From Vulcanimicrobiota bacterium (GTDB taxonomy: Bacteria > Vulcanimicrobiota > Vulcanimicrobiia > Vulcanimicrobiales > Vulcanimicrobiaceae), in assembly GCA_963795855.1 (NCBI GenBank), contig CAWCIZ010000001.1, positions 224,001 to 288,000 on the forward strand: a stretch of 64,000 nucleotides of DNA. Direction: 5' to 3'. The position numbers and the translations under genes were made by a program. The notes under the pieces were generated by a model that saw nothing but the letters and a program-made list of their open reading frames with translations, did not search any database and was not told the DNA's origin. Each line of letters starts with the position of its first letter. Position 1 is the first letter of the stretch. Positions 10,482 through 21,044 of the stretch are shown piece after piece.

Positions 10482-11774
10482 GACGCCGCGAGCGCCTGTT
10501 CGACGTCCGCAATGATGTCGCGCACGTCTTCGATGCCGACGGAGAAGCGGATCGTCGACCCGTCGACGCCGTTGGCGAGTTGCTCCTCGGCGCTGAGCTG
10601 CTGATGCGTCGTGGTCGCCGGATGAATCACGAGCGATTTCGCGTCGCCGACGTTGGCAAGGATCGAAAACAGTTTGAGCGAGTCGATGAAGCGCTTCGCC
10701 GACTCTTCTCCGCCCTTGAGCCGGAAGGTCAGAATCGCGCCGCCTTTGCCGTCGAAGTAGCGCTTCGCCAGCTCGTAAGCCGCATGCGAGGGCAGTCCCG
10801 GATATGCAACCGATTCGACTTCCGGACGGCGCTCCAGATACTCCGCTACGGCCTGCGCGTTCTCGTTGTGGCGCTGCACGCGCAAGCCCAGCGTTTCGAG
10901 TCCTTGCAGCAGCAGCCAGGAATTGAACGGAGAGAGTGCGGCGCCGACGTCGCGAAGCAGCTGCACCCGCGCTTTGATGATGTACGCGAGGTTGCCGAAC
11001 GACGGCGGAATAGCGAATGCCGTGATACGACGGATCGGGCTGCGTGAAATCGGCGAATCGATCCGACGCCGTCCAATCGAACGTGCCGCCGTCGACGATG
11101 ACGCCGCCGATCGCGGTTCCGTGGCCGCCGATGAATTTCGTCGCCGAATGAACGACGACGTCGGCGCCGTATTCGATTGGACGCACGAGGTACGGCGTCG
11201 CGAGCGTGTTGTCGACGATCAGCGGAAGCCCGTGTTCGTGCGCGACGCGCGCCACGGCCTCGATGTCCAGCACGTCGATCTTCGGGTTGCCGATCGTTTC
11301 GGCGAAGATCGCCTTGGTGTTCGGCCGGATCGCGCGCCGAACGCTCTCGACGTCGCCGATATCGACGAGCGCGACGTCTACGCCGAACCGCGGAAGCGTA
11401 TGCGTAAAGGCGTTGTAGGTGCCGCCGTACAGCGAGTTCGAGGCGACGATGGAGTCGCCGGCCTTCGCGACGTTGAGCAGCGCGTAGACGTTCGCGGCTT
11501 GTCCGCTCGCAACGCCGAGCGCCGCGACGCCGCCTTCGAGCTGCGCGACGCGCTGTTCGAACACGTCCGTCGTCGGATTGTTGATGCGCGTGTAGATATT
11601 GCCGAACTCTTCGAGCGCGAAAAGGCGTGCGGCGTGATCGACGTTATCGAATTTGTACGACGTCGTCTGATAGATTGGAACCGCACGCGATTTGGTCGCG
11701 GGATCGCCCGCGTGGCCGCCGTGGACGGCGACCGTGTCAAACCGCGGAGAGCGTTCGGGGGCTGTAACCGACAT
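10478..11774 (-). CDS. metY: O-acetylhomoserine aminocarboxypropyltransferase (frameshift near 11005)
   Basis: [27 protein letters not shown] and NVGDAKSL across two frames. Confidence 0.93.
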
Positions 11775-12813
11775 GAGTATCTCCTTGCGTGAATACGGGA
11801 TAGCCGGCGAATGCCGGAAAACGATCGAACACCGAATCGACGTCCGTGACGCGCTGCGCATACGGCGTTGCGGGACGCGTGCCGTGGCGTTCGGCAATGG
11901 TGCGGAGCGCGCCGACGACGTCGCCGAGAACCGCGGACGCCGCGGCAGGTCCGCCTGCGCCCGCGCCGCTGAAGAGCAGCGGGCCGGCGGCGGCGCCGGT
12001 AACGCGAACGATATTGTCGACGCCCGTCACGCGCGCGAATGGATGCGCGAAAGGAACGAGCACCGGACCTACGTCCGCAAAGACGGAATCACCGCTGCGC
12101 CGCGCGTAGGCGAGCAATTTGAGTTCGTAGCCGTGTTGGCGCGCGCGCCGCACCGACGCGCTCGTGACTCCGGCGATTCCGCGATGCGGCACATGCGGCG
12201 TGATGACCGGCAGGCCGAACGCGTGCTGAATCAGAATCGCCAGTTTATGCGCGGCGTCGATTCCCTCGACGTCGTTGCGCGGATCCGCTTCGGCATAACC
12301 GGCGGACTGCGCTTGCGCGAGCGCGTCGTTGAAAGAATTTCCCTCGCGCATCTTACCGAGGATGAAGTTGCACGTTCCGTTGAGCACGCCGCCGATTTCG
12401 ACGATCTCGTCGCCCGCAAGCGCGTGATCGAGCGTGCTGATGATCGGAACCGCGCTGGCGACCGAGGCTTCGTAGCGCAACGTTACGCCGCGCGCCGCGG
12501 CGAGCGCGCGCAGCCGCGGCCCTTGCGTCGCGATGACGTCTTTATTCGCGGTGACGACGTGTTTGCGATGGTCGAGCGCGCGCTCGATGCATTCCAGCGC
12601 GATGCCGCTGCCGCCGATCGCTTCGATGACGACGTCGACGCGCGCGTCGTCGACGAGCGCGATCGGATCGCGGGAACGATTCGCGACGCCGATGACGTCG
12701 TACGAGACGCCGCTGCGGCGCTCGATCTGCGCCTTGCGCTGCGCGAGCAGTTCGGCGACGCCGCCGCCGACGGTCCCGCAACCCAAGAGCGCGATGCCCA
12801 CGGTTGATTCCAT
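11737..12813 (-). CDS. hom: Homoserine dehydrogenase
   Basis: [32 protein letters not shown] and GAGAGG motifs; AGGAGG RBS. Confidence 0.93.
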   Translation of the reverse strand: MESTVGIALLGCGTVGGGVAELLAQRKAQIERRSGVSYDVIGVANRSRDPIALVDDARVDVVIEAIGGSGIALECIERALDHRKHVVTANKDVIATQGPRLRALAAARGVTLRYEASVASAVPIISTLDHALAGDEIVEIGGVLNGTCNFILGKMREGNSFNDALAQAQSAGYAEADPRNDVEGIDAAHKLAILIQHAFGLPVITPHVPHRGIAGVTSASVRRARQHGYELKLLAYARRSGDSVFADVGPVLVPFAHPFARVTGVDNIVRVTGAAAGPLLFSGAGAGGPAAASAVLGDVVGALRTIAERHGTRPATPYAQRVTDVDSVFDRFPAFAGYPVFTQGDTHVGYSPRTLSAV

Positions 12814-12851
12814 CCTCTTGCCTCCTGTTGAGATGGGAAAGCGAGGAAATC

Positions 12852-12881
12852 AAAAACCCCCCGCTTTGCGCGAGGGGCTTT
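12852..12881 (-). terminator. Intrinsic terminator in the leader of the hom-metY-metX operon
   Basis: Minus strand AAAGCCCCTCGC-gcaaa-GCGGGGGGTTTTT, about 40 nt upstream of the hom start. Confidence 0.85.
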
Positions 12882-12909
12882 GCAAACTCGATTATTCAGC
12901 CGAGATCGG

Positions 12910-12984
12910 TTATGCAAATGCCGTCCGCGCCGCTTGCTCGCGGCAGCAGCACATACAGAACATAGGCGAATACGAAATCGGCAT
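12910..12984 (-). CDS. Met/Cys-rich leader peptide MPISYSPMFCMCCCREQAARTAFA (24 aa)
   Basis: Hand-translated; ATG TTC TGT ATG TGC TGC TGC cluster; lies between a promoter and a terminator ahead of the met genes. Confidence 0.8.
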   Translation of the reverse strand: MPISYSPMFCMCCCREQAARTAFA

Positions 12985-12991
12985 TGCGGTC

Positions 12992-13020
12992 ACGATAGCA
13001 TGCATGCGCTGATGCGTCAA
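12992..13020 (-). promoter_or_regulatory. Sigma70-type promoter, probably giving a leaderless transcript
   Basis: TTGACG-17 bp-TATCGT with extended TGn; 7 nt separate the -10 from the leader-peptide ATG. Confidence 0.7.
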
Positions 13021-13685
13021 GCCGAAAGGCCGATGCGAATCGCGTGGGCGAGCCAAAAGGCGGTGAGCAGTCCGGCGATGAGCAGAAGAATGGTAAACAA
13101 GACCGGCGCTGCGCCGAGAACGAACGCGACGTTCATGCGCAAGGCCATAAAAGCGCGCAAAAAAAATTCACCCACGAGCAGCGCGCCCCAGCCCGAACGT
13201 CATGGCGCGTATCGTGCGCCGGAAATACTGCGACGCCAGAGCACGTCCCACCGTTCGTGCGGAAGCGCCTCGTTCGCAGTCAAGAACTCGCGGATGACGT
13301 AAAACGCCAGCGGGCGGTGCAGCAGCGCCGACAGGATGAGCACGAGGCCGAGTAGTCCGCTCACAAAAGATTCGCGCACCAGCAACAAGCGTTGGCTGCC
13401 GCCGAACACCGCCGGCAGCACGCCGACGAGCAGCCCGACGAGCACGATGAGTCCGACGACGTCGAAAGTGCGGCGGCGCACGAAATTGAACACGTTCGAG
13501 ATCAGCGGCACCAGCGAAGCGCCCAGAATCGGCCAAATGCTCGTTGTGCCGAAATGCGGCAGTAGAAGGTAGTACACGGCCATCGTGCCGGCGATGTCGA
13601 ACGCCAGCGTCGGCAGAAGCGCGCGAATGCTTGCCCACAGGAAATTGCGCAGCGCAGCGGCTGACACCGGATGATGCTCGGCCAT
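13017..13685 (-). CDS. Membrane protein, VC0807-like family (frameshifted near 13180-13230)
   Basis: Multiple TM helices; RLLLVRESFVSG and RPLAFY motifs. Confidence 0.65.
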
Positions 13686-13724
13686 CGCGAAATGATCTAC
13701 CCGGCGAAATCGGCGGCAACGCGT

Positions 13725-14510
13725 TCAGGCGATAATCGTGGCGTTGCCTGCCGGGCGCTCGCAATCGCACCGGGTTTCGCGCTGCAAATAAAGGCGCGCT
13801 GAGCGCCGCCGGTGACGGCATCGATCGCGGCCAGCATCTTCGGCTTCATTCCGCTCGCGCACGCGTCCGACGTCGCGAAATGCAGCGCGTCCGTGAGCGT
13901 GAGCGTTCCGATGCCGGTGCTTGGATCTGCGGATCGCGCAGCATGCGATCGACGTTGGTGAGCGCGATGTACGCGTTGGCTCTCACGGCAGCCGCGATTG
14001 CGCCTGCGACCGTGTCGGCATTCACGTTATACGCGTGATCCGCGCGCTGATCGACGGCGATCGGCGACACGACAGGAAGATAACCCGCCCGTAGAAGCGC
14101 CAGCAGCGGCGCGGGGTCGACCGAAACGATCTCGCCGACGAATCCGAGATCGTAGCCCGAAGGCGAGAGCGCGCGCCGGACACGGACGAGTCCGCCGTCT
14201 TGCCCGCTGATGCCGACGGCTGGAATTCCGTGCTGCAGACAGGTGCGAACCAGGCGTTTGTTGGCCGTCGCGCAGAGGACCGCTTCTGCGACCTGCAGCG
14301 CGTCCCGGTCCGTCACGCGCAGGCCGTCGACGCGGCGCGCGGTCAAGCCCGCGGCGGCTCAGAGCCTCATCGATCTCCGGTCCGCCGCCGTGCACGAGGA
14401 TGACGGCGTGCCCGGCGGCGCGGAGATCGGCGAGTTCGGTCAGCAAGGCGTCGTCGGTCGCGTGGCCCATGGCGTTCCCGCCATACTTTACGACGATGGT
14501 GGCCGTGAAC
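13725..14510 (-). CDS. argB: Acetylglutamate kinase (frameshifted; start uncertain)
   Basis: VVKYGGNAM, VHGGGP, GLRVTD, YNVNAD and GMKPKM across frames. Confidence 0.9.
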
Positions 14511-14514
14511 GGCT

Positions 14515-14547
14515 TGCAAAATTATGCAGCATATGCATAAATATACA
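14515..14547. promoter_or_regulatory. Tandem ARG boxes (ArgR operator) between divergent argB and argF
   Basis: TGCAAAATTATGCA (14515-14528) and TGCATAAATATACA (14534-14547) resemble the TGMATA-w-ATKCA palindrome. Confidence 0.75.
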
Positions 14548-14550
14548 GCA

Positions 14551-15548
14551 ATGTACCTGTAGCGCCAGCCGCATCCGAAAAAATCGGCGCCGGCTCCTTA
14601 GCCGGACGGCATCTGCTCGCCGTCGACGACCTTGCGCCGTGCGAGGTCGCCGCGCTGTTACGCTTTGGCGGAGTATCTGAAACGCCGTCGAGCCGAGCGA
14701 GCACGCGCAGATATTCGCAAGGCAAAACGCTGGCGATGTTCTTCGAAAAACCGAGCCTGCGCACGCGCGTTTCCTTCGAAGTCGCGATGACGCAGCTCGG
14801 CGGTCAACGTCTGTTCGCCAAGGGCGACGAATTTTCGATCGGAACGCGTGAAACGCCGGAAGATGCCGCGCGCGTGCTCTCGCGCTATGCGGATGCGATC
14901 GTCATACGCACGCACGCTCACGAACCGCTGCAGCGCTTCGCCGCGGCCTCGAGCGTACCCGTAATAAACGGCCTTTCCGCGCTAGCGCATCCGTGCCAAG
15001 CGCTTGCGGATTTGCTGACGCTCAAAGAGCGCTTCGGTCAGCTTGGCCGGACTGCGCGTCGCATATTTTGGGCGACGCGAAAAACAACGTCGCCGCGTCG
15101 CTCGCGCAAGCCGCGGTCATGTCCGGCGTGCACGTGCAGTTCGGCTCTCCTCCGTCGCATCGTCCGCAGCGAAACGTTTCTCGCGCAGCTCAAGAAACTC
15201 GGAAGGCGAGCGGCGGAAGCTGCGCGCGCGTTTTCGAATGCCGTGCGTGCGGTGCGCGGCGTCGATGCAATCTACACGGACGTCTGGACGTCGATGGGTG
15301 AAGAAGCGGCAAGCGAACGCAATCGCGCGGTGCTCGCGCCGTACCGCGTCAGCGAAGCGTTGTTGCGCCACGCCGCGCCGCACGCGGTGTTCATGCACTG
15401 CCTGCCCGCGCATCGCGGCGAAGAAGTGACCGCGGGCGTGATCGACGGATGCGCAAAGCGTCGTCTTCGATCAGGCCGAAAACCGCATGCACGCACAAAA
15501 AGCGATGCTGGCCGCACTCTGACGGACTTGAAAGGATTTCCAGTATGA
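14551..15548 (+). CDS. argF: Ornithine carbamoyltransferase (frameshifted)
   Basis: FEKPSLRT, HPCQALAD, YTDVWTSMG, MHCLPAHRG and FDQAENR motifs. Confidence 0.93.
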
Positions 15549-15555
15549 TCGCTTT

Positions 15556-15743
15556 GCAATTCAAAGATACCGCCTACGCAGCCAAGTGCAGGCGCCGCTA
15601 CGTCGCGACCGCTCGGCCGGAGCGCCGTATGCGCTCTTTGCAAGCAAAGAATTGCTGCGTCGTAACGCAGCAATTCGATACCGCCTACGCAGCCAAATGG
15701 GGGCCCCGCTACGCGGGGGGCGCGGCGGCTCGGCCGGAGCGCC
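15556..15743. repeat. Two imperfect ~70-bp direct repeats with hairpins in the spacer (REP/BIME-like)
   Basis: GATACCGCCTACGCAGCCAA at 15566 and 15677; GCTCGGCCGGAGCGCC at 15611 and 15728; hairpin GAATTGCTGCGT-cgta-ACGCAGCAATTC at 15649-15676. Confidence 0.8.
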
Positions 15744-15750
15744 TTTTCAA

Positions 15751-16213
15751 ATGAAAGAGCGACGACAGCGAGCCATTCTCACCCTCGTTTCGACGCGACC
15801 CGTGCGATCGCAGGACGAACTTGCGGAGTTGCTGGAGGCGCAAGGGTTCGAAACCACGCAGGCGACGATCTCGCGCGATATCAAGGAGCTGGGATTGGTG
15901 AAGGTGCCGATGAAAGACGGCAGCGCGCATCAGTTCAAGTACGTGCTGCCCACCGCGGAAACGCGTCGTTCCAGCCGCCTGCACCGTCTGGTTTCCGAAC
16001 TGGTCGGATCCATCAAGAGCAGCGACAATCTGATCGTGCTGCGCACGCCGCCCGGCAGCGCGATGATGGTCGCTGCCGCAATCGACGAGGCGCAGTGGCC
16101 GGAGATCATCGGCACCATCGGCGGCGACGATACGATTCTCGTCATCGTCGAACGATCCCAAGAGCACGCCAATCATCGTGCAACGCTTTACCGATTTGAA
16201 AGAGAGTTCGTGA
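15751..16213 (+). CDS. argR: Arginine repressor (frameshift near the 3' end)
   Basis: SQDEL, TQATISRDIKELG and IIGTIGGDDT motifs. Confidence 0.93.
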
Positions 16214-17419
16214 ACAGCAAGACCATCGTTCTAGCCTACTCCGGCGGCTTCGACACCTCCGTACTGCTCAAACGCTTTATTTTGGAAGGGCACGACGTTA
16301 TCGCGCTGACCGCCGACTTGGGCGAAAGCGATGCGATTGCGGGCAGCGGCGCGGCGCAAGCGCTGCAAGGCGTGAAGGCAAAAAGCGATCGCGCTCGGCG
16401 CGCGAGACGCGGTGCTCGTCGACGCGAAGCAGCGTTTCATCGAAGACTTTGCTTATCGCGCGCTGCACGCGAACGCTCTGTATCAAGGCGTGTATCCGCT
16501 TTCGGCAGCGCTCTCGCGCCCGCTGATCGCGCATCTGCTCGTCGAAACCGCGCATGCGTACGGTGCCGGTGCGGTTGCGCACGGGTGCACCGGAAAAGGC
16601 AACGACCAAGTGCGCATCGAGCTCGGCGTGCGCGCGCTCGACCCGCAGCTCGAGTGCCGTGCGCCGCTGCGCGAGAAACCGCTCTCGCGCCCGGACGCAA
16701 TCGCGTTCGCAAAGCGAGACGGCGTGCCGGTTGCGCACACCGCCGAGAAGCCGTACTCCATCGACGCGAATCTCTGGGGTCGGTCGATCGAAGCCGGCGT
16801 GCTTGAAGATCCCTGGAACGCGCCGCCGGAAGATGCGTACGCGTGGACGGCGTCGCCGCGAAGATCGTCCCGTCGACAGCCGGACGAAGTCACGATCGAG
16901 TTCTGCGGCGGTCTGCCCGCATGGAACGGCGCGACGGGCTGGCAGTTGATCGCGCAGTTGAACGCGATCGCCGGAAAACACGGCGTGGGCCGCATCGATC
17001 TGGTGGAAGATCGCGTCGTCGGTTTGAAGTCGCGCGAAGTCTACGAATGTCCCGGGCATCCGTTTTGCTCGTGACGGCGCGAAAGGCGCTGGAACGCGTC
17101 GTGCTCACGCGTGACGAGTTGCGCTTCAAATCGCAGCTGCGATCAGAAGTATGCGGAATTGGTGTACGACGGCCTGTGGATGTCGCCGCTGCGCGACGCT
17201 CTGGATGCATTCAATGCCAGCAGCGCGCAGCGCATGAGCGGCAAGGTTCGCGTGCGCTTGCATCAGGGCGCCGCAACCGTCACCGGCGTGCAATCGCCGT
17301 TCGGGCTGTATTCCGAGGCGCTCGCCACATACGGCAAAGACGATGCATTCGATCATCAGGCGGCGGAGGGATTCATCAAATTGCACGGTTTGCCGCTCGA
17401 GATGGTCGCGCGCACGTGA
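16210..17419 (+). CDS. argG: Argininosuccinate synthase (frameshifted)
   Basis: LAYSGGFDTS, HGCTGKGNDQVR, YSIDANLWG and KSREVYE motifs. Confidence 0.95.
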
Positions 17420-18773
17420 CGAATTCGCTGCAGTGGGGCGGCCGCTTCAGCGCGCCGCCGGATCCGGTGCTGCTGCGGTTCGGATCCTCGCTGGAAGAAG
17501 ACCTCGTGCTCGCACCGTTCGACGTGCAGTGTTCCAAAGCGCACGTTGCGGCTCTGGAAGCGGGCGGCGTTCATCGCATCATCGCGCGCGAGCGAGTTGC
17601 GCGCTGCGCTCTGGAAGCGGTCGCATCCGAAATCGCGCAAGGGACTTCGAGCGGATCGCGCGTGCGAGCGGTGCGGAAGATATTCACGGCGCGATCGACG
17701 CGCGCGTGCGCGAACTCGCGCCGGAAGCCGGCGAACTGCTGCACGCGGGCCGCAGCCGCAACGATCAAGTCGCAACGACGCTGCTGCTGTATTGCGCGGA
17801 TCGCGCCGCGAGGGCGCAACGCAGTAACGGCCGGAATCGCATCGGCGCTGTGCGCATCCGCGGAAGACGAACTGCAAGCGGGCACGTCTGCTCGCAGCGA
17901 CGACGCATTGGCAGCCGGCACAACCCGTGCTGCTCGCCTTCTGGCTGTGCGCCGCCGCGGAACCATTTCTGCGAGATGCGCAGCGCTTTGCCGGCGTGCG
18001 GGCGCAATCGCTCGCGCGCATGTCCGCTGGGCTCCGCCGCGCTGGCCGGATCCTCGCTCCCGTTCGATCGGCGAGATCGCTGCAAACGCGCTCGGCTTCG
18101 CTGCGCCGTCGCGCAATGCTTTGGACGCGGTCGGCAACCGCGACGCGGCACTGGATCTCGCGCACGCGTGCGTTCGCGCGCTCGTTACGGCTTCGCGGCT
18201 TTGTGAAGAGATCGTGATCTGGAACACGCCGAACTTCGGGTACGTAACGCTGGGAGACGAAGCGGGCACCGGTTCGAGTTTGATGCCGCAAAAACGCAAC
18301 CCCGATCCGTTCGAATTGGTGCGTGCAACTTCGGCCGCGATGATCGGCCGATTTGCGGGTGCGCTCGCGACCGTGAACGGAATGGCGCTCTCGTATCACC
18401 GCGACCTGCAAGTCACCAAAAGCGCTGCAATCGAAATCGTCGAGGCGTGCTTGGCTTCGCTGGAAGCGTTCGCGCGCGCGCTCGAGCACTTGCAGTTCAA
18501 TCGCGGCCGGATGACCGCGCTCGCCGGCGAGGCGTTCACGGTGGCGACCGACGTTGCGGATCGACTGATCTGCAAACGGCGCGACCGCACGCGAAGCGCA
18601 TGCCGAAGTCGGGGCTGCCATACTGAAAAGCGAGCGCGAAAACACGCTGCTGGAGTGGCCTGACGCTCACGCGTCGGTCGAAGGAAAGGAGACTGCGGGT
18701 TCGACGCGTCCCGACTGCGGTGCGCGAGTCGCTGAGTGCCCTGCAGGCGGACGTCGAGGCGCTGCTTCGCTGA
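17416..18773 (+). CDS. argH: Argininosuccinate lyase (frameshifted)
   Basis: WGGRF, HAGRSRNDQ, GSSLMPQKRNPD and YHRDLQ motifs. Confidence 0.93.
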
Positions 18774-18786
18774 TGCCGGCGCCGGC

Positions 18787-19623
18787 TTACTGTTTGACGA
18801 ACAGCGCGTCCTTACACGTCAAACAGTTGCGCCCGAAGAAATCCGCGTAGTACGTGTCCACCAGCACCGTATCGCCGGTCGCGTCGACGAAAGCTTGAAT
18901 ATCCGTGCTTTTACGCTTGCTGTCTTCCACGATGACGTAGTCGCCGGGTTGCAGCAAAGGAGCAAGGTGGCGCAGCACGCCTTCCACGTTGACGTGCGCA
19001 TCTTCGATCACGAACCATGGGTGCGGTAAAGCTTCCAGCATGCTTGCGGGCAGATCGCAGTCGATCGTTTCACAGTCGCCTCGAACGAAGGTGATTCGCG
19101 CATCGTCGACTTGCGGCCGTTCCTTGTCGAAGGAGACGATCGACGGCGAAGGTTGAAAAGCCGACAGCACGTCGCAGAGCCATAAGGCGCTACCGCCCGC
19201 GCCGGCGCCGATTTCGATGACCGTGCGCGGCTTACGCTCCCACAGCATCATCGGATAGACGGCGATCTCGAAAACGCTCTTGAACAACGGAATGCCTCGC
19301 CAATTGGTGCAGTGCCGCACGCCTTGAAGCGAAGCAGATTGCAATCCGGCGATCTCCCAAGGGCGTCGAACGTAGTTTTGCGATTCGGCAGCGCGCTGCG
19401 CGTAGCGCACGTATCGCGGATGCTCCCGCGCAAGCTCGTAATATGCAGCCACGAGGGCGCTCTCGCACCACTCGGCGCCGGAGTCGTTGCTCCGAAGTGC
19501 CTCCAGCAGGCTGAGAACCATCTTATCAAAGCCCGCGTTCGTGCCGTGCTGCGCGCGCAGCGCCTTGTCCGTCACGATGCGCTCGAGATCGACGAGCATT
19601 TGAGGCGGCAGCGTGCCCATCAA
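18787..19623 (-). CDS. CmcI (cephalosporin hydroxylase) family SAM-dependent methyltransferase with N-terminal extension
   Basis: WRGIPLFK, KPRTVIEIGAGAGGSALW, VIEDAH and YVIVED motifs. Confidence 0.85.
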   Translation of the reverse strand: MMGTLPPQMLVDLERIVTDKALRAQHGTNAGFDKMVLSLLEALRSNDSGAEWCESALVAAYYELAREHPRYVRYAQRAAESQNYVRRPWEIAGLQSASLQGVRHCTNWRGIPLFKSVFEIAVYPMMLWERKPRTVIEIGAGAGGSALWLCDVLSAFQPSPSIVSFDKERPQVDDARITFVRGDCETIDCDLPASMLEALPHPWFVIEDAHVNVEGVLRHLAPLLQPGDYVIVEDSKRKSTDIQAFVDATGDTVLVDTYYADFFGRNCLTCKDALFVKQ

Positions 19624-21044
19624 GACGTCCCGTTCAAGCGGCTATCGCAAGGGGCTGGCGCTCCGCATGGTTCTTTCGCTCGCCCTTTCACTTTATGATT
19701 CGGAATCGATACGATATGAGGTGCTGCGGGGGCTGGCTTCACCCTTTCACTGATGTTCTCGTATCGCAGCTTATTGAGCGGAATCGCGTAGACCGTTGTG
19801 CTTCCTGCTACGAATACCGTGTCTCCGACGACGACAGGCGGCGAGGTCGTAAATGGCTCCGCGAAGTCTAGACTCCTAATCATCTTACCTGTTCGCGCAT
19901 TTAACGAGTATAGGATTCCCGACGTGTCTCCCGCGATCAGCATCCCCCCTGCAATCACCGGGCTCATCTTTATCGGCGCAAGGGAGGTGAATGACCACCG
20001 AATTTTACCGGTGCGGGCGTCAAACGCCATAAGACGATCGTGCGTGCAAATCGGCTGATAGTAGGTCCCGTCCGCATACGTGCCTGCAATCGATCCCTCA
20101 TCCGATCCAACCGATGAATACATGCCTCGGTTTGGCGTGTGGTAAATCCATCTGAGCCTACCGCTATGGGCATCCAAGGCCGTGACGTCGGCAACGGTAT
20201 AATGCGTAATGGGTGACGTACCTGGCGCAAACCGGCTGCTACTGCAGAATACGGCTCCGTCGCCGTATGTTGGTGAACAATCCCAGTTCCCGTATGGCGC
20301 TCTCCAAATGATTCGTCCGGTTCGGGAATCCAATGCGTCCGTCTGGCACGCTTTGTCGGGCAACCTGTCGACACAGGTTGAGACGAAGATGGTGCTTCCG
20401 AGGAAATTCGCTGATGCCATTGCCGCGGGGCCTCCGAGCGTGCGCACCCAGCGCAGGCGGCCGGATTTCGCATCAATCCCGTAAGCGTGGCTGTCCCCAT
20501 TAGCAAATATGAGCGTATCGTTAACGAGCGCGGCGGACGGCATGTCCTCGCCGACCGTTTTGAACGACCAGACCTGCTTTCCGGTTTGCGCGTCGAACGC
20601 GGTCACTTTGTCGCCCTGCGCTCGGCCTAGCACGTCATAAGTTGTGAATGGCAATTGGACAGTGCCGGGGTCCGTGAGCGTACCATGCATACCGGAACCG
20701 ACGTAAACAAGCCCGTGGCCGACGACGGGCGTCGTCATGACGATATTGTCGGTATGGGCACGCCAGATAGGTCTTCCCGTCCTGACGTCCAGCGCTATCA
20801 CGTCTTTACCGAACGAGTCGACGTATAGCACGTCGTTCAAAATCGCTAAGCTGCCGTTGATCTTGCCTTCGGCCGTAAATTTCCAATGCGTGCGAAAGCC
20901 ATGCCGCGGAAACACCGCGTTGTGGCTGGGCGCATATTGGTACATCGGCCAAGACGCCGAAGAAAGCACATTAGCGTGACCGGTGTGGCAAGCCGCGAGA
21001 AACACGCACACTGGTAGCAATTTGTGAACCATACGAACTCTCAT
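19620..21044 (-). CDS. PQQ-like beta-propeller repeat lipoprotein
   Basis: FLAAC lipobox, WPMY motif and repeated ALDxxTGxxxW blades. Confidence 0.85.
   Translation of the reverse strand: MRVRMVHKLLPVCVFLAACHTGHANVLSSASWPMYQYAPSHNAVFPRHGFRTHWKFTAEGKINGSLAILNDVLYVDSFGKDVIALDVRTGRPIWRAHTDNIVMTTPVVGHGLVYVGSGMHGTLTDPGTVQLPFTTYDVLGRAQGDKVTAFDAQTGKQVWSFKTVGEDMPSAALVNDTLIFANGDSHAYGIDAKSGRLRWVRTLGGPAAMASANFLGSTIFVSTCVDRLPDKACQTDALDSRTGRIIWRAPYGNWDCSPTYGDGAVFCSSSRFAPGTSPITHYTVADVTALDAHSGRLRWIYHTPNRGMYSSVGSDEGSIAGTYADGTYYQPICTHDRLMAFDARTGKIRWSFTSLAPIKMSPVIAGGMLIAGDTSGILYSLNARTGKMIRSLDFAEPFTTSPPVVVGDTVFVAGSTTVYAIPLNKLRYENISERVKPAPAAPHIVSIPNHKVKGRAKEPCGAPAPCDSRLNGTS

Noticed and set aside
9519..11897. 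792-aa MetY-MetX fusion in the ORF track
   Set aside because: Artefact of a frameshift near 11005; the MetY C-terminus is in another frame with its own stop overlapping the metX GTG.
15556..15743. Possible mini-CRISPR array
   Set aside because: Only two long imperfect repeats, no regular spacers and no cas genes.
15586..16806. ArgR-ArgG fusion ORF
   Set aside because: Correcting one indel near 16150 ends ArgR at TGA 16213, overlapping the argG GTG.
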